Assembly (NCBI GenBank): GCA_002633005.1
Contig: NMRA01000614.1
Span: 158,089-222,088 of the forward strand
Length of the DNA: 64,000 nucleotides
Source: Phoronis australis
Taxonomy: Eukaryota; Animalia; Phoronida
Direction of reading: 5' to 3'
Below the pieces are notes generated by a model. The model was not told the origin of the DNA. It ran no database searches and was given only the letters and a program-made list of their open reading frames with translations. Both the position numbers and the translations under genes were made by a program. Below are positions 25,712 through 38,316 of this stretch, one piece after another. Every line of letters begins with the position of its first letter. Positions within the stretch are counted from its first letter, which is position 1.

Positions 25712-26576
25712 CTGCACAAAAGAATACAGTAAATAAAATTACAAGTACATGTGGCTCCCTCTGTCTACTGCAAATATGTACATGCCAAAAACAGAGAATT
25801 CAAAAATCCACACTTCTGGTGAAGATGAATTTTTGAATACAGGGTGAACAGAAAAGTTGGACCAACTTGCAGATATTCAGCATTTTCAAACCAGGTTAAT
25901 GTTTTTAAACAGGCCATAGTTTAATGGATCAAATTAGAAATTTCTGAAGAAGCAATCCTTAAGAAGAAGCCCACCCAGGCATTCTTCAAAGATAATTCAT
26001 GACAGTCAGAGGGAACATATTTTTCCTCTGCTCTGACTGTTTACTTTTAGGTCTATTGACTTATGGTCAATTTTGGAAATAAGAAGATACATGTTATGGT
26101 TATGAACTAGCTTATTTACAAGTGTGTGTTTTTCGCCAAATCTACAAAAATACAAATTTTAACTGGTAGTATAAGTACATATTTTATGAAAGTAAAAAGC
26201 CTGTAGAATTTGATTTTGACTTTTTACCAATCTCAGATTAATTGCTCGTCTTAGATGGATTTTCTTTTTTGAAAACGTGAGCAACTAAAATAAGATGCAC
26301 CAGTCATTTGATTTTCAAAAAAATCACAGACCAGAAACTAATTTTTACTCTTGTGTTTCACTGCTGCAGTTTGTGTACAAGCCGAACACGAGGACGTTCT
26401 AACAAACATTGCCAAATATTGAATAAAACAGAGTTAGGTGACAATAAAACATTTTGTTAATTACTTCAGGCCTGTACAAACACAACATTAATTTGAAAAC
26501 CTGTAATCTTTTGCTCAGAAAATATAAACAAACTTGCTGAGATTTGAAAAAAAATAAACAGCAATGAGCTTGTTAC

Positions 26577-26690
26577 CTCTAGAGGGGCTTTCCTGATCTT
26601 CATAATGAACTCCCTCTCACTCTCTGTACATCTGACAGGGGGCGCCTTTCTGTTCAGCATGTACCCAAGGCTGTACAGCTTGTGGAATAT
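26577..26690 (-). CDS. RlaP-like NTase gene exon 11
   Basis: IFHKLYSLGYMLN...EREFIMKIRKAPLE; cAG/GTaaca. Confidence 0.88.
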
Positions 26691-27151
26691 CTGTTGTAAC
26701 ACACCGAGGCATAAACAATGCCAGCAACACACAAAGATCAAGAGAGATAAAATTCATAATATTCTGCACTGGCTTTGCAGAAGTTCTGCAAATCAGTGCG
26801 TAATATTCTGCATGGCAAAAAAATGAACTGCAATTAAGAAAATACTAATGGAGCAAATAAAAACTTAAGTTACACTGTAAACATGTACAGCCCAAGGTGT
26901 AGATTTGTATCAAATCATTTTTATGGTCCAAAGTAGATATGAGAAATGTGAGGAACCATTCCACCCACTTTGAGACTAAATAAGAAAGTCTCATTTGAAA
27001 AACGAAAGTGTTCTAGAGAGAGCCAATCAGCAAAAGAAGAGGGCTCAGTCCAACATGGTACTGTTGATCCTGTCGCTAAGTCTGTAGTATCAAACTTGAT
27101 TAATTCTCCTAGGCAGTTAGGGGGATTTCACGTATAGCTTCGCTGTCATTA

Positions 27152-27531
27152 TTCAAATGCATTGTGGGGTGTTTTTCAACTCTTAAAAAATCCGGTGACA
27201 TCACAGAAAAGTTGGGGATGTTAACTGATTCAAAATTTGTGTTTTAGGAGGTGGAATTTGATTTCAGCATGATTGGATGGCCATCTGCTTCAAGAAAGAC
27301 TTGAAATACTATGCCATGCACCTATTGGGTGCATGTTGAGGCTCATTTTTAAACTTACAATGTTCTATAATGGTTGCTTTGTCGTACTCACGCTAAAAAG
27401 CATGTTGCTTTCAATTCTGGTACATGCAACTGACTAGCGTTGTCTTCCGTCTTATTGTTTACACGTCACCGAGTAACCCGTGATGTCACCAGATGTTTAC
27501 GAGCCGACAACCATCCCATAATGCATTTGAA
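27152..27531. mobile_element. MITE-like segment bounded by ttcaaatgcattgtggg inverted repeats
   Basis: Inverted ends plus ggtgacatcac/gtgatgtcacc; same end motif at 31012-31255. Confidence 0.6.
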
Positions 27532-27589
27532 AAACATTTTGATTCGACATTGTTACAGCAGTGTGTGGCTATATATCAACACTACTTAC

Positions 27590-27727
27590 CTGGTAGAACA
27601 GTTTCCTCTCCCTTGGAGTGTGGATGTGTTTCTTGCCCTCAATCATTACCATATTGTTCTTAATTAGTCCTAGGTACTGTCTAATTGCTGTCTCCGTCAC
27701 AAACTCAGACTTCCGATCAGCCAATGC
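27590..27727 (-). CDS. RlaP-like NTase gene exon 10
   Basis: ALADRKSEFVTETAIRQYLGLIKNN...RKLFYQ; ttttAG/GTaagt. Confidence 0.88.
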
Positions 27728-28650
27728 CTAAAACAACAAGTAAACTAAAGATAAAATTTTCAATTGAAGTGACATTTGTCAGTGAGAAAAACGGTTTCTG
27801 AGATCAGCCCCAAAGCGGAAACAAATTCACAACGTCAGTGGTCACATTCTAACACTTTGGTGACAGAGCTAAATTCCATTTGATAAATTGCAGAGTATTT
27901 TAAGACTTGGTTAAGTCCCCAGCCTTGGTATCGGAGAACGGCTAGAAGACAACGACAAGAATTAGTAATTTGCTACAAAAACACAATGGATCTTGTTATT
28001 CTATATAGCTGGTCTAAGCTACTGACAAGACAACAACTAGATTCACGTAATTGATAAAACTTTTTTCAATCAAAGTTGATTCATGTTATGTCACCAAACC
28101 AAATAACGATTTTTCAATTTCTCCCAGCTTTTCCGGTTTTACAAGTCTGTGTTAAGAAAACTCGGGACTAGGATTAATGGAGCATTCCACCCACTCACTT
28201 GCATTATAGTGACATCTGTGTTCAAATATAGAATTAGCCGCTGACATAATTCCTAGACCAAAAATTTTTAAGTCCATCTCAGAATTCAAAAACCAACAAA
28301 AATGACAGTCAACTGCACATGTGACGTCTTCACCTATGTTCGATTACGAAGACAACTGGATGGCAAAACACAGAGTTGACTGTCCGGAAATGATGTTGCA
28401 GCAATGGTTAATATCCTCTACTCATAGCCGTGCTGTTCCAAAAAAGGGTTTTCTATCAGTGCTACAATTTTCTGAGTGTTGAGCCTTGGGAGTGTCTCTG
28501 TAAAACATACTTGGGTTTAAGGCAAAATTAACTTTTTTGAAATCTCTTATTTTGGGGAAAAACACACCCCGTGCTGATGAAACGTCAACAGCAAAACCAA
28601 TTTGAAGGTTAGAAACTCACGCCCGAAAGTACAACTTTCCGACGTAACAA

Positions 28651-28744
28651 CATGGGTAGCGCACCATAGGGTGCTGGGGGGGGGGGGGNNNGGGGGGGGG
28701 GGGGCTATAGCCCCCTCACTTATTTCAGTGCTGCACTGCCCATG
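28651..28744. mobile_element. CATGG...CCATG mini-MITE with 5-bp TSD AACAA
   Basis: catgggtagcgca / tgcactgcccatg; AACAA at 28646 and 28745. Confidence 0.8.
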
Positions 28745-28865
28745 AACAACACATGCTGACTTCAAGAATGGCACTTCTGAAAAATGTTCCATCACAGCTG
28801 CCTCCAAACAAGTGGAATTGATGTCAAGTTCGTGCTGGCAAGATCTGTCTAAGTAGCTTACGTAC

Positions 28866-28910
28866 CTGCCAAGCCTTACTGGTGTATTCCAAATTGTCAG
28901 CGAACAAAAG
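28866..28910 (-). CDS. RlaP-like NTase gene exon 9 (45-nt small exon)
   Basis: LLFADNLEYTSKAWQ; tttcAG/GTacgt; completes the ILE-LLF motif paralleled in repeat 1 (FLETLF...SSW). Confidence 0.85.
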
Positions 28911-29494
28911 CTGAAACAACATACAGTATTACAAATGGCAATTGCTACAAACATTTGCGAATAACTTAAATCAAAAAAAATACAAAGTACTGGTTTACCG
29001 AGTCACTCAGAATGTGTTTATAACGTGAAAGAGACCTGAAAGAGATCCCCATACTCAAATAGACCATTCAAAGCCTTGGTAAGAACAAGGAGAGTCAAAA
29101 TGCCATCAATTTATGACAAGGTTTGCCAATCCTTCCAAAACCGAACTGCTTTATATAAATCACAAAATGTTCTCCGAAGTCATTTTGATTGAACAAACCA
29201 AGTGTCAGGTTGGCAAGGACACTTTTTCAACCAGTTTGTGAGAGCTAAATCGGCTTATTTCATAAATTCATTACTTAAGCATTGATAAGGATCCAATGCT
29301 CTTTCAGGCAACCCATGCATATTCCCAGTCATTAAGCCAGTCACCAAAAGAGGTAGCTGTGTACAACTCTGAAACATTCGACAAAGAACTCCATTGTGAA
29401 AACTCGAAAGCGACTTTCAGTTAACCCAAATTCAAGTTTTGCTGAGCAAGAAGGGCTGACTTGACAAAGGCAAGATGTAATTTCTTTCATTCAC

Positions 29495-29694
29495 GGACAT
29501 TTTGCAATGTAGGACATTTTGCAATGTAGGACATTTTGCAATGTAGGACATTTTGCAATGTAGGACATTTTGCAATGTAGGACATTTTTGCAATGTAGGA
29601 CATTTTGCAATGTAGGACATTTTGCAATGTAGGACATTTTGCAATGTAGGACATTTTGCAATGTAGGACATTTTGCAATGTAGGACATTTTTGC
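29495..29694. repeat. 17-bp minisatellite (ggacattttgcaatgta), about 11-12 copies
   Basis: Near-perfect tandem copies visible directly. Confidence 0.95.
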
Positions 29695-29980
29695 ATTAAT
29701 CATTTGACTATCCCACCGCTGGTAATTTGACAACAAAAATTATGATCGTCAACAAAATGAGAATGCAACTGTGTTAAATCTCCACTCCAAGACACAACTG
29801 AACCCCAGGTGGTGCTGACCGCTGTCCACTCAATATTCTAAAGAATTTTCACCATAATATGTTAAGTTTCCTACACTCTTAAACAGACCTCTAACAATTG
29901 GTGTTTTTCGACCCCTGACCCTTGCATCTGCTGCAGTTAATGTGTCTTAATTCACATTCCCCACCGAGACCCCGCTTTAC

Positions 29981-30115
29981 CTCCAGTATCACCACACTTC
30001 CCTTCCACAGCATTTCGCAGAAAAGGCGTGCCTCGTAGGCCCCATACTCGAACGACTTGGTGGGTCCCCTACTCTCAAAACACTCCGGTAATCTTTGACT
30101 GGATGAATACGCCAC
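29981..30115 (-). CDS. RlaP-like NTase gene exon 8
   Basis: ...SFEYGAYEARLFCEMLWKGSVVILE; ttcAG/GTaaag; phase 0-0. Confidence 0.9.
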
Positions 30116-30705
30116 CTGAAACCAGATGTATCTGGAGTATATTTACCATTATCAAGTATTTGGTGAAATTGAACTTCAAAAGAGTGATAAGTTTGCTAGT
30201 ACGCTCAAAAGCAGACAACTAAAAACATACGCTACAATAGGCCCATCCCAAATTACTCAGCGATAGAACTCTCCTTTGTTCTGGAGATAAGAAAGCACGT
30301 GACCTAGTTTTGGAAATCACGCACATTTTCGTGTCTCTCATTGATGTCAGGAAAGTAAAAAATATCAGATCATGCATCCATGGATATTTGTCCACTTTAT
30401 CAAACTTTTTCACGTCGGAGTTGCAGCCCATGGACATCAGAGGGAAGAATAGAGCAATGCAACCGAGAAAACTTGTAAACAGACAACAATTAACATGTGA
30501 AATTCCAGTGGCATGAAAACAAGGCAGCAAATGTGCGTGACGGATGTTTACAGCATTGTGGATATACAGTGTGATTCGCGTGGCGCTGTGTAATCTGGGA
30601 GAGTCCTTTTCAAAGTCATCGTTTATCATAAACACAATGGTTCAATAACAGAGTATAATATTCAAAATGATATCGCTTGATTACAAATTAATCGTGTACA
30701 CTCAC

Positions 30706-30878
30706 CATCGGTTCATGAGCATAGATGACCACATAATCAACATCACTCTCTGGTGTTGACAGATTGTACAAGAAGCTGCCTGCCTGGGCTACCATGAGGA
30801 TCTGTTCGGGAGCCATCTTGGAAACTTGATCGCCTATTCTATTCATGATACTTCTAAGCTTTGCCTTATTTTGGGCGT
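30706..30878 (-). CDS. RlaP-like NTase gene exon 7 with catalytic GS...DxD motif (absent from ORF track)
   Basis: EQILMVAQAGSFLYNLSTPESDVDYVVIYAHEPM; caAG/GTgagt; phase 1 to 0. Confidence 0.93.
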
Positions 30879-31011
30879 CTTGAAAGATAAAATGTCAAGT
30901 AAACTGAAAAGTAACAAACGACAAATCCATTCCAGCTCTATGTAGATACCCTGAGATGGAAAGATGAGAGAGATGCAATTTGGGGATTTCATCTACAGTG
31001 CTGATGCCCTT

Positions 31012-31255
31012 TTCAAATGCATTGTGGGAGACTTGTCGTCTCATAAACATCTAGTGACATCAATATAACATGGTGTGTGTGTACAAAATAATGCGAAACA
31101 ACACTTTGGTGCAAGTATGACAATGCAAAAATAAAAGACTGAACATGAGTCTCAAAAAGCCTCAAATAACTACACACTAGCAAACCTGTTGTATGAGAGC
31201 TCATGCTGAAGTTAAATTTCCCCACGTAAATCATTAATCCCACAATGCATTAGAA
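31012..31255. mobile_element. Second ttcaaatgcattgtggg-bounded MITE-like segment
   Basis: ttcaaatgcattgtggga / tcccacaatgcattagaa. Confidence 0.55.
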
Positions 31256-31942
31256 GAACAACAGGGGGTAACTTATAATCACATGAAAAACCAAGTAGTC
31301 CAATTAAGGTCACAAAAGAGGTGATTGTCGCCAAGTTGCCAAGGCATTTTGTTCAAAAAAGCTTAGAGTATATTTGTGTAGGTTTTAAAAAAATGTAGGC
31401 GGAAGATTTTTTCTTTTAACAGTGAAGCGCAGGTTTCAAAATGCATCGGGCACACACCAGAACCAATTCTTCTAGTTTGTTTGGCCTGACTAGCATAACA
31501 TTCATGTGCAAAATGCTGATATTCTGGTCCATCACGAGTGGACACCAAGGGCAAACAGAGCTTAACCACAAATCACGCCAATGGATTCATGTAAACAGTA
31601 AGAAGGCAGATCTAACATCTGATTTGGAGTTGGACTATAAGAAGATGATTCAGGTGTCTGAATGCTGTAAATTCAGAAAATTTTGATAAGCGTCAACAAA
31701 TGACACGGTGAACAAAGCATAAGTATTATTCACTTTGGGCTTAATGTGCAGTTAATCCCCGACTTAGGCTACAATAAGTGCCCCCTTAGGCTACAATAAG
31801 TGCCCCCAAAACGAATTTTTCTAAGCGCCCTGGGTGCTTATTAGGGCGAATACGGTACACATAAAGTAGACAAGCATTGAATAAAAAAATTCGATCATTT
31901 GATCAAGGAAACATTAAAACAACATTGTCTGGAATGGCTTAC

Positions 31943-32132
31943 CAACTATTTGAAGAAGCGGTTTGACCTCAACATCGCTGAGTCTCACATGACTCAGCCA
32001 ACTCCCAACCTGCTTCTGGAGATTGTCTGGCTTGGAAAACGTAAATGTCTGCACAGCTTTATCAATGGATGTTTTCCATTCAAGGACAAGGTCAAAAATC
32101 TCTCGCTTACTGGTTGATCGATCTCTATCGTC
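31943..32132 (-). CDS. RlaP-like NTase gene exon 6 (end of first domain copy)
   Basis: DDRDRSTSKREIFDLVLEWK...QVGSWLSHVRL...; aAG/GTaagc; phase 0 to 1. Confidence 0.85.
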
Positions 32133-33523
32133 CTTTAAAGTAAGTACAAATCAGAAAAAGATGCTTCATTAAAAACCATACTAATGATAAACAACACGAG
32201 ACAGAGAAAAGTAGCAATACTACCACAAGGTGGCGCCAGCACGCAAGTCCTTAATCACACAGCACTGTAGGGGCATTTTAATGATCTAACGGTCAACAAA
32301 CCCTCACTTTCTGTCAAAACTTTAGGCCACTTGTTATAAGAAAATCAGTCTCATCTTGCTCTTTAGAAATAATTTCAAGTCTTAAGAAGAACTGTTGGGT
32401 TGTTAATTGTTTTGGACAAAGGTCATGCACTTTGCTCGTCGCGGCCGTTAGTTTCAGTCAAAGAAGCAGCATCACCGTCAGGGGAATTACAAGAGTTTCA
32501 TTCTGACAAATTCAAATTCACAGAAACGAGAACACAACAGCATCATGTCAGAAGAGTAAATATGCCTGTGGAGTAATTCTCGATACTACGACATAGCTTA
32601 TAACAGTGGAAAATTATTTGTACAAGCCAAGTCAAGCTCATATTAAGGTCTAGGTGGGCAACACAACAAAGTCTCCACTAACACTAACAGCCATCTCTGA
32701 CCTCAAGTATCCTGCAAGTCGCCCATGTAAGTATACAGTCACGTTTACCACTTGCGCCTTTCAGCAGCTCTGCATAGTTATGAGCGAGCAAGTGGGAAAT
32801 AGATTTTAGCTTGGATGCCAACCACAAACCACAGATGGCAGTCAAAACAGTAAATGCAGACCGCATGTGCTGGTGACAGGTCAATGAAATAAATAAAACG
32901 GACTAAAGCTTCAAAACATTTGGACTACATGTAGAGGCATTCAAAACGGAATTATTTATTGTATTTTTCATGTTTAGTTTTTGTTATGCCTCCCCCATAC
33001 AAAGCTAATGAGGCCACACTAATGAGTTTCTGGCAGGAAAATGGTCCTATTTGGCCAACAGTCTCACAGGTCACTGGGCGTTGGCATAACAAATCACCAA
33101 TAGATGCATTGCCACTCCTGATCCAATAACAAATCACCCAATTTTATTGAACATCAGAATAGAACTCAATCAGCAGAATCAGACAAGCATCTCTTGACAT
33201 GTGCTAAGGCATAAGAGCTAAAACTGCTGACAAAAAATTCCGAAACCCGCGACTCAATACTGCCTTAAACTAAGGCCCTTTGATGAATTGATCTTAAGCC
33301 GTTGAGAGATCATTTCTGATCTAAGTATGCATAAGCAAACAAGTGGAGGTCAATTTTGCAGCAGCCAGTGGTCTATTTCAAATGTCTTCCAAATCAAAAT
33401 TGCTTAAGTTGAGGGGAATGAGCTTTCACTTATAAAATACTAGAGACGTGGATCTTCAAACACTGGCATGAGGAAGAGCAAAAAACATAAATCCCATATT
33501 AACAGGTTTGTATTGAAGCAAAC

Positions 33524-33641
33524 CTTATACAATGCTGTGATCTTCTCCAATAAGGCTTCTGCATATGAACTACTTGAGACATCTGGTGATAGAAAATTTA
33601 AGACTTTTCCATTCAAGCTCTGACTAGCGTACTGAAGAAGC
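33524..33641 (-). CDS. RlaP-like NTase gene exon 5
   Basis: RLLQYASQSLNGKVL...LLEKITALYK; cacAG/GTttgc; phase 2 to 0. Confidence 0.85.
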
Positions 33642-34296
33642 CTGTGAAAAAATAAGAGCATCAGTAGGCAAAAAGCATAAAACTGATTAGAAGGTAACAC
33701 GGACATTTTGATTCCCCTCCAATTTGAAAGCATTAAACCACCAAAAAAAATTAAAGTGTTCTAAGCATTATCTATTGATAATTAGTTATCACACTAACGT
33801 GTTTTAAAGGTAGCAGCAGTTTTGTAAAACAATAAATTTTCATTAACTGCAGTTAACTGCCAAAAATTCTCTTAAAATTCATTATACCTTTTTGGTATGA
33901 AAAAACCATGTCACAAATTTACTGTTTATGGCATGTACCATTTGTATTGTGGCATGCCACAACTAAAAAACATCACATGAAACATGTCACATGTGAGAAT
34001 GCAATGTGCCATAGGTCACATGGAACGTGAGTCTTTAAACGCTAATTGATATTACCCTGTCTGGAAACTCTCAGCAAAATATTTTTCTAAGTTGCGATAC
34101 TTACAGACAGGAATTATTCACAACAGGGTTTGACATTTTGCAACCGTTGTCTAGCTTAAGATTATGCTAAGCAGATAATCAAATTTACAGCTTTCAGTTT
34201 ACAGGCCGAGCCTCCAAACAGGGAAGTAACCATGCTCAACTGCAGAGGGATATCTATGACGCCAAGAACAATCATGCCGTTGACTAGCATCTCTAC

Positions 34297-34420
34297 CTGC
34301 AAGAATTACAGAAGTCTCTTAGCGTGACATCATCTCTCATTTTGAATTGGCCGGTCTTTTTCTTTCTGCCGAGACCCCCCGCTGCCTGGCCTCGACATTC
34401 TTCTATAAATCCCCGCACAC
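34297..34420 (-). CDS. RlaP-like NTase gene exon 4
   Basis: VRGFIEECRGQAAGGLGRKKKTGQFKMRDDVTLRDFCNSC; phase 1 to 2. Confidence 0.85.
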
Positions 34421-35693
34421 CTGAAACAGTAAGAACAGCGATAGAGCGCAACCCCTCAACTAGGATGGGAGTGCATCAATGTTTATTATTAAAGGAAGAC
34501 TTGCCTTTCGGAAAAAAAAAACAAAACAGTGATGATAAAGTGTTCCTTGAATTTCTATGGATGAGAACAGTCGTTTTTAAAACAATTAGCAAAATCCTTC
34601 ATGCGAACAAAATTTCCAACTACCACCTATTTCCTATAATAGTTTTTACTAAATTTCCTACAGTATCTAATTTCTTTCATAACTTTCATCATAACTTTTT
34701 GAAATGCAATTAGATGACTTCATCAGCATTTTGTCACATTTAATTCCAGTACATGGAAGCTGCAGATGTCTTGAAAGGACAAATAGCGTGATGAGAGACA
34801 GGAATCCATTTTTCAAACTTTTCTGTGCCTACACATCCAGACTTTATTTATTTATTTATTTTATTTATTTATTATTGTGATATTTCAAATGAGGGTGGCC
34901 TCTTCAGTGATAGCACTGCTTTCCAAGAGGGCCCTGTTGGTCCTTTTAAAGTTGTTCAGTGTCAAGACACCTGTCAGCAGAAGTGCAGAGTTTATAAGAA
35001 TTAATTATTACAGTGAGCTGAGTAAAGAATTCCTAAGTGTTGGTTACTTAGCTTTATTCGCACATTATTGTGTGCGAGATAAGAGACAAATTACTGTTGA
35101 AATATACCATCTCCTACAGGACATTTCAATCTCTTCTAGCCTTGTTTTCCAAATGCTTTATTCAGTAAGTATACACTATGAAAATGAAAAATATCAATTA
35201 ATCTGAATGAAAAAATGATGGGAAACTTTAAATATACCTGGGGGCTCTAGTGTGAAAACAATCAAATCTGTAAAAATGTATGCATTCAGGTACTCCAGTG
35301 GGACTGTTAACGTATTAACGCACTTACACTTATGAACGTCCTTCTGCTCTCAGCCTGTGCAGGTGTTATAAAAAGGTGCGTTTTTTATCAGCACCACACT
35401 GTTTTAAACGTTCACAGAGAATATCTACTACAGAAATCAGCACACACATGAATTCTAATCGAAGAGACATTTCGCCAATGTTTAGCGGTCAATGTTGAAT
35501 TTTTAACCAAAGTGCTTCAGTGCACATTACTATGCTCATTGTATCTTGAATTGTTGCCGAATGAGGCAACACCTGAAGTCACAAGCAATGCGTACCGGTG
35601 CCATTTTCAAATTTGCAGTTTTAGAGTTGATCAACCCCAATAAACATTGAAGCGTTTTCTTGCATCACTGATAATTTCTATATTCCTATTGGT

Positions 35694-35812
35694 TATGGAA
35701 ACAGAACCCTATCACCGTAAGGAATGTTATGAGGGCAATTTTATGAGAGTAAAAGGCCGATTTGATTATTTTCCGTCTTTAGTCAGTTAAAGAAGGCAAA
35801 ATGCAACTTTTA
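35694..35812 (+). repeat. ~120-bp dispersed repeat with a second copy at ~37960-38074
   Basis: cctatcacc.taaggaat.tta.gag...ttttatgagagtaaa.ggcc...aaatgca.cttt in both. Confidence 0.65.
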
Positions 35813-35830
35813 AATAATTAATTAGCATAC

Positions 35831-35990
35831 TGCGTATGTCACTGGGGTTGACTGATGACTTTAATCGCTCCCAGGAACTGCACAACAGTAACACAGCTGA
35901 TTCGGGGGTAAACAGCGTTTCCAAAAAGCGAGCCTTGCCTTTACACAAATAATGTGCAAAGTGTGATACCTCTACTGCATACAGCCAGCC
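35831..35990 (-). CDS. RlaP-like NTase gene exon 3
   Basis: GWLYAVEVSHFAHYLCKGKARFLETLF...SSWERL; tttcAG/GTatgc; phase 0 to 1. Confidence 0.88.
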
Positions 35991-36231
35991 CTGAAAATAC
36001 AACATACAAAATAGGACACGTGCGTTACGAAAAAGTATCAAAATTTCAGCCTTTATTACAAACACCAAAACAGATCTTTGTTCTAAAAACAACTAAAGTG
36101 CACATTAACATTGTTACTATTAGAGATACCTCCACAGAAACACAACAAGCAAAATATTTTTTTATGAAATGAATCTGACAAAAGCATTCAGATCATATTT
36201 CTTACAGTAACAGAAGATTTTGGTCTCCCTG

Positions 36232-36500
36232 AAACAAAAATGACTACGATCACATTTTCGGAGCAAAATGACAACGATCACCTTCTTTGGAGCAAAACGA
36301 TTACAACCACAATCTTTAGAGCAAAACGATTACAACCACAATCTTTAGAGCAAAACGATTACAACCACAATCTTTAGAGCAAAATGATTACAACCACAAT
36401 CTTTAGAGCAAAATGATTACAACCACAATCTTTAGAGCAAAATGATTACAACCACAATCTTTAGAGCAAAATGATCACGATCGCATTCTTTGGAGAAAAT
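36232..36500. repeat. 29-bp minisatellite (agcaaaaygattacaaccacaatctttag), about 9 copies
   Basis: Homogeneous core with diverged edge copies. Confidence 0.93.
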
Positions 36501-36813
36501 GACGTGGGGAATAGTTGATGGAGCACGTTAAATTATCTCTGAAATTCGGGCCGGAAACAATTTTGTTTTTATTTATTTTATAAACTAGACTCAACTTAAT
36601 GTTCTTACACTCTGTACAGTCAAACGATATTTTGAAAAACATTATGATTCATAACATAATGTTTAGAGGTCTCTTCAAAAATGAAAAAGCCATTTTCAAC
36701 AATGAATTTTGCCTGAAATTGGTGAGATTTTATTGTCCTTCCTGAAAATTATGAGGATGCCACCTAAACTAATTATCACTGTCATGCATCCTATCCAACT
36801 TAACAATTCTTAC

Positions 36814-36995
36814 AAGATCAATGACGCTGTTGGCTTCCTTTTTATGCAGGTCTATGGGGCAGAAATATTCCACGTCAGGGCTTGAAAAGACCACCACAAT
36901 CACATTGTGTTTGGCTTGCTGGCCTCGCTCTTCTTGGGTGGCCTGATACCATGGACACGTCACTAACGATGCAAACAACAACATCTTGCATTTAC
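36814..36995 (-). CDS. RlaP-like NTase gene exon 2 (start of degenerate NTase copy)
   Basis: GKCKMLLFASLVTCPWY...VIVVVFSSP...VIDL; caAG/GTaaga; phase 1 to 0. Confidence 0.85.
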
Positions 36996-38316
36996 CTTGA
37001 ACAAAACATGGGTAAACCTTTTACAGCAGACCACGATAACAAAGTAACAGTTCCCTAGGGATAGTGTATCCTCCTAAATAAGCCACTGACAAATAGAATT
37101 GGACGGTCCTGGATTATATAGCTACATTTGAATCTCATGTTATTTACTCCCAATGCTGCAACATCTGTCATTTTCGCCTCATTGGTGTTTTTCATGTTAT
37201 TTGTTGGTGTCTTGTAATTTTTAAAATTTTTCTCGATTGCATTAACCTTTGACCTTCCAATGCCAGTCAAATGTTACTACTGTCCTGCGGGCAGCAACTC
37301 TGATGGTAGAAAATTTGATAAACTTTAGAAGTATCCATGGATTCAACATTTTCTGACATGACTCGGACAATCAGCCAAACATTTTCAAAATGAGGATAAA
37401 CATCTTGCCCTATTAAGTTATGGAGCAAGATTCCCAATTTCTATTGCACTACCTTAAACCCAGTAGCCACTTTTTGAGTGGAGCTTGTAGACACACCAAA
37501 ATTTGCTTGCTTCTCTTGAAATGAAACATGAATAACAGTAATAAACCAAACTAAGGCAACAACAAAAAGTATTGAAACCATACAACTAATTAAACAAGCT
37601 CCATTGCCAAACAAATAATCAAATATTGAAGTTTATCATATTCAGCTACGGTATTTCTGAAAAATTGAGTATGAAAGACTATTAATTACTCTAATATTAG
37701 ATTGTTTAGCTTGGAATAATTTATAGCTGCATTCCACCCTGTTTAGCAGGCTAAGATACAAAAACTCAATTAGGTCATTTACTTTCTCATAAAATTGATC
37801 TCATAACATTACGAACCGAGATGTGATACTATTTCTGTTATGAAGAAGAACAAGGAAACTATCAGCAACTCAAGAAACCTTTTTCAGTTTATTGGGGTTG
37901 GACAAAACTGCAATTTTGAAAATGGCGCATGTAAACATTGCCTATCACTTGAGTTGGCAATGGAAATGGAATCCTATCACCATAAGGAATATTACGAGAT
38001 CGATTTTATGAGAGTAAACGGCCTAATTCGATTTTCATTTTTAGCCACCTAAACAGGGCGAAATGCAGCTTTACAATTCATGACAATATCAAGGAACTAC
38101 TTTCACTCGTACTGAAATGTAGGGCACTTCATACAAAGCGGATTTTTTTGTCAAAATTAATAGATGTCTCCTAAATTAAGTACAATCAAATAATGATTGT
38201 GATCACTCAACAAGAGGCGTTACTGTCACATCTGGTTTTAATTTGTGAGTTAACAACAGTTGAATTTCCTGAACACAAAGTTCACCAGTTGGAAACCCTG
38301 GATAACACAAAGATAC

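Noticed and set aside
28574-28595. CTGATGA-AACGTC hammerhead-like words
   Set aside because: No stem II between CTGATGA and GAAA, and no Penelope context
29432-29736. Repetitive Cys/His-rich ORFs in three minus frames
   Set aside because: Translation of the 17-bp minisatellite
32702-32775. Possible extra minus-strand exon (ELLKGASGKRDCILTWATCRILE)
   Set aside because: Acceptor phase does not fit; exons 33524 and 32132 already join in frame
36232-36500. CRISPR-like appearance of 29-bp repeats (also the 45- and 65-bp arrays)
   Set aside because: Units are directly adjacent with no unique spacers, there are no cas genes, and the context is a eukaryotic intron
37055-37410. Short minus-strand ORFs in NTase intron 1
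   Set aside because: No recognisable motif, interrupted by a stop, and not needed for the spliced frame
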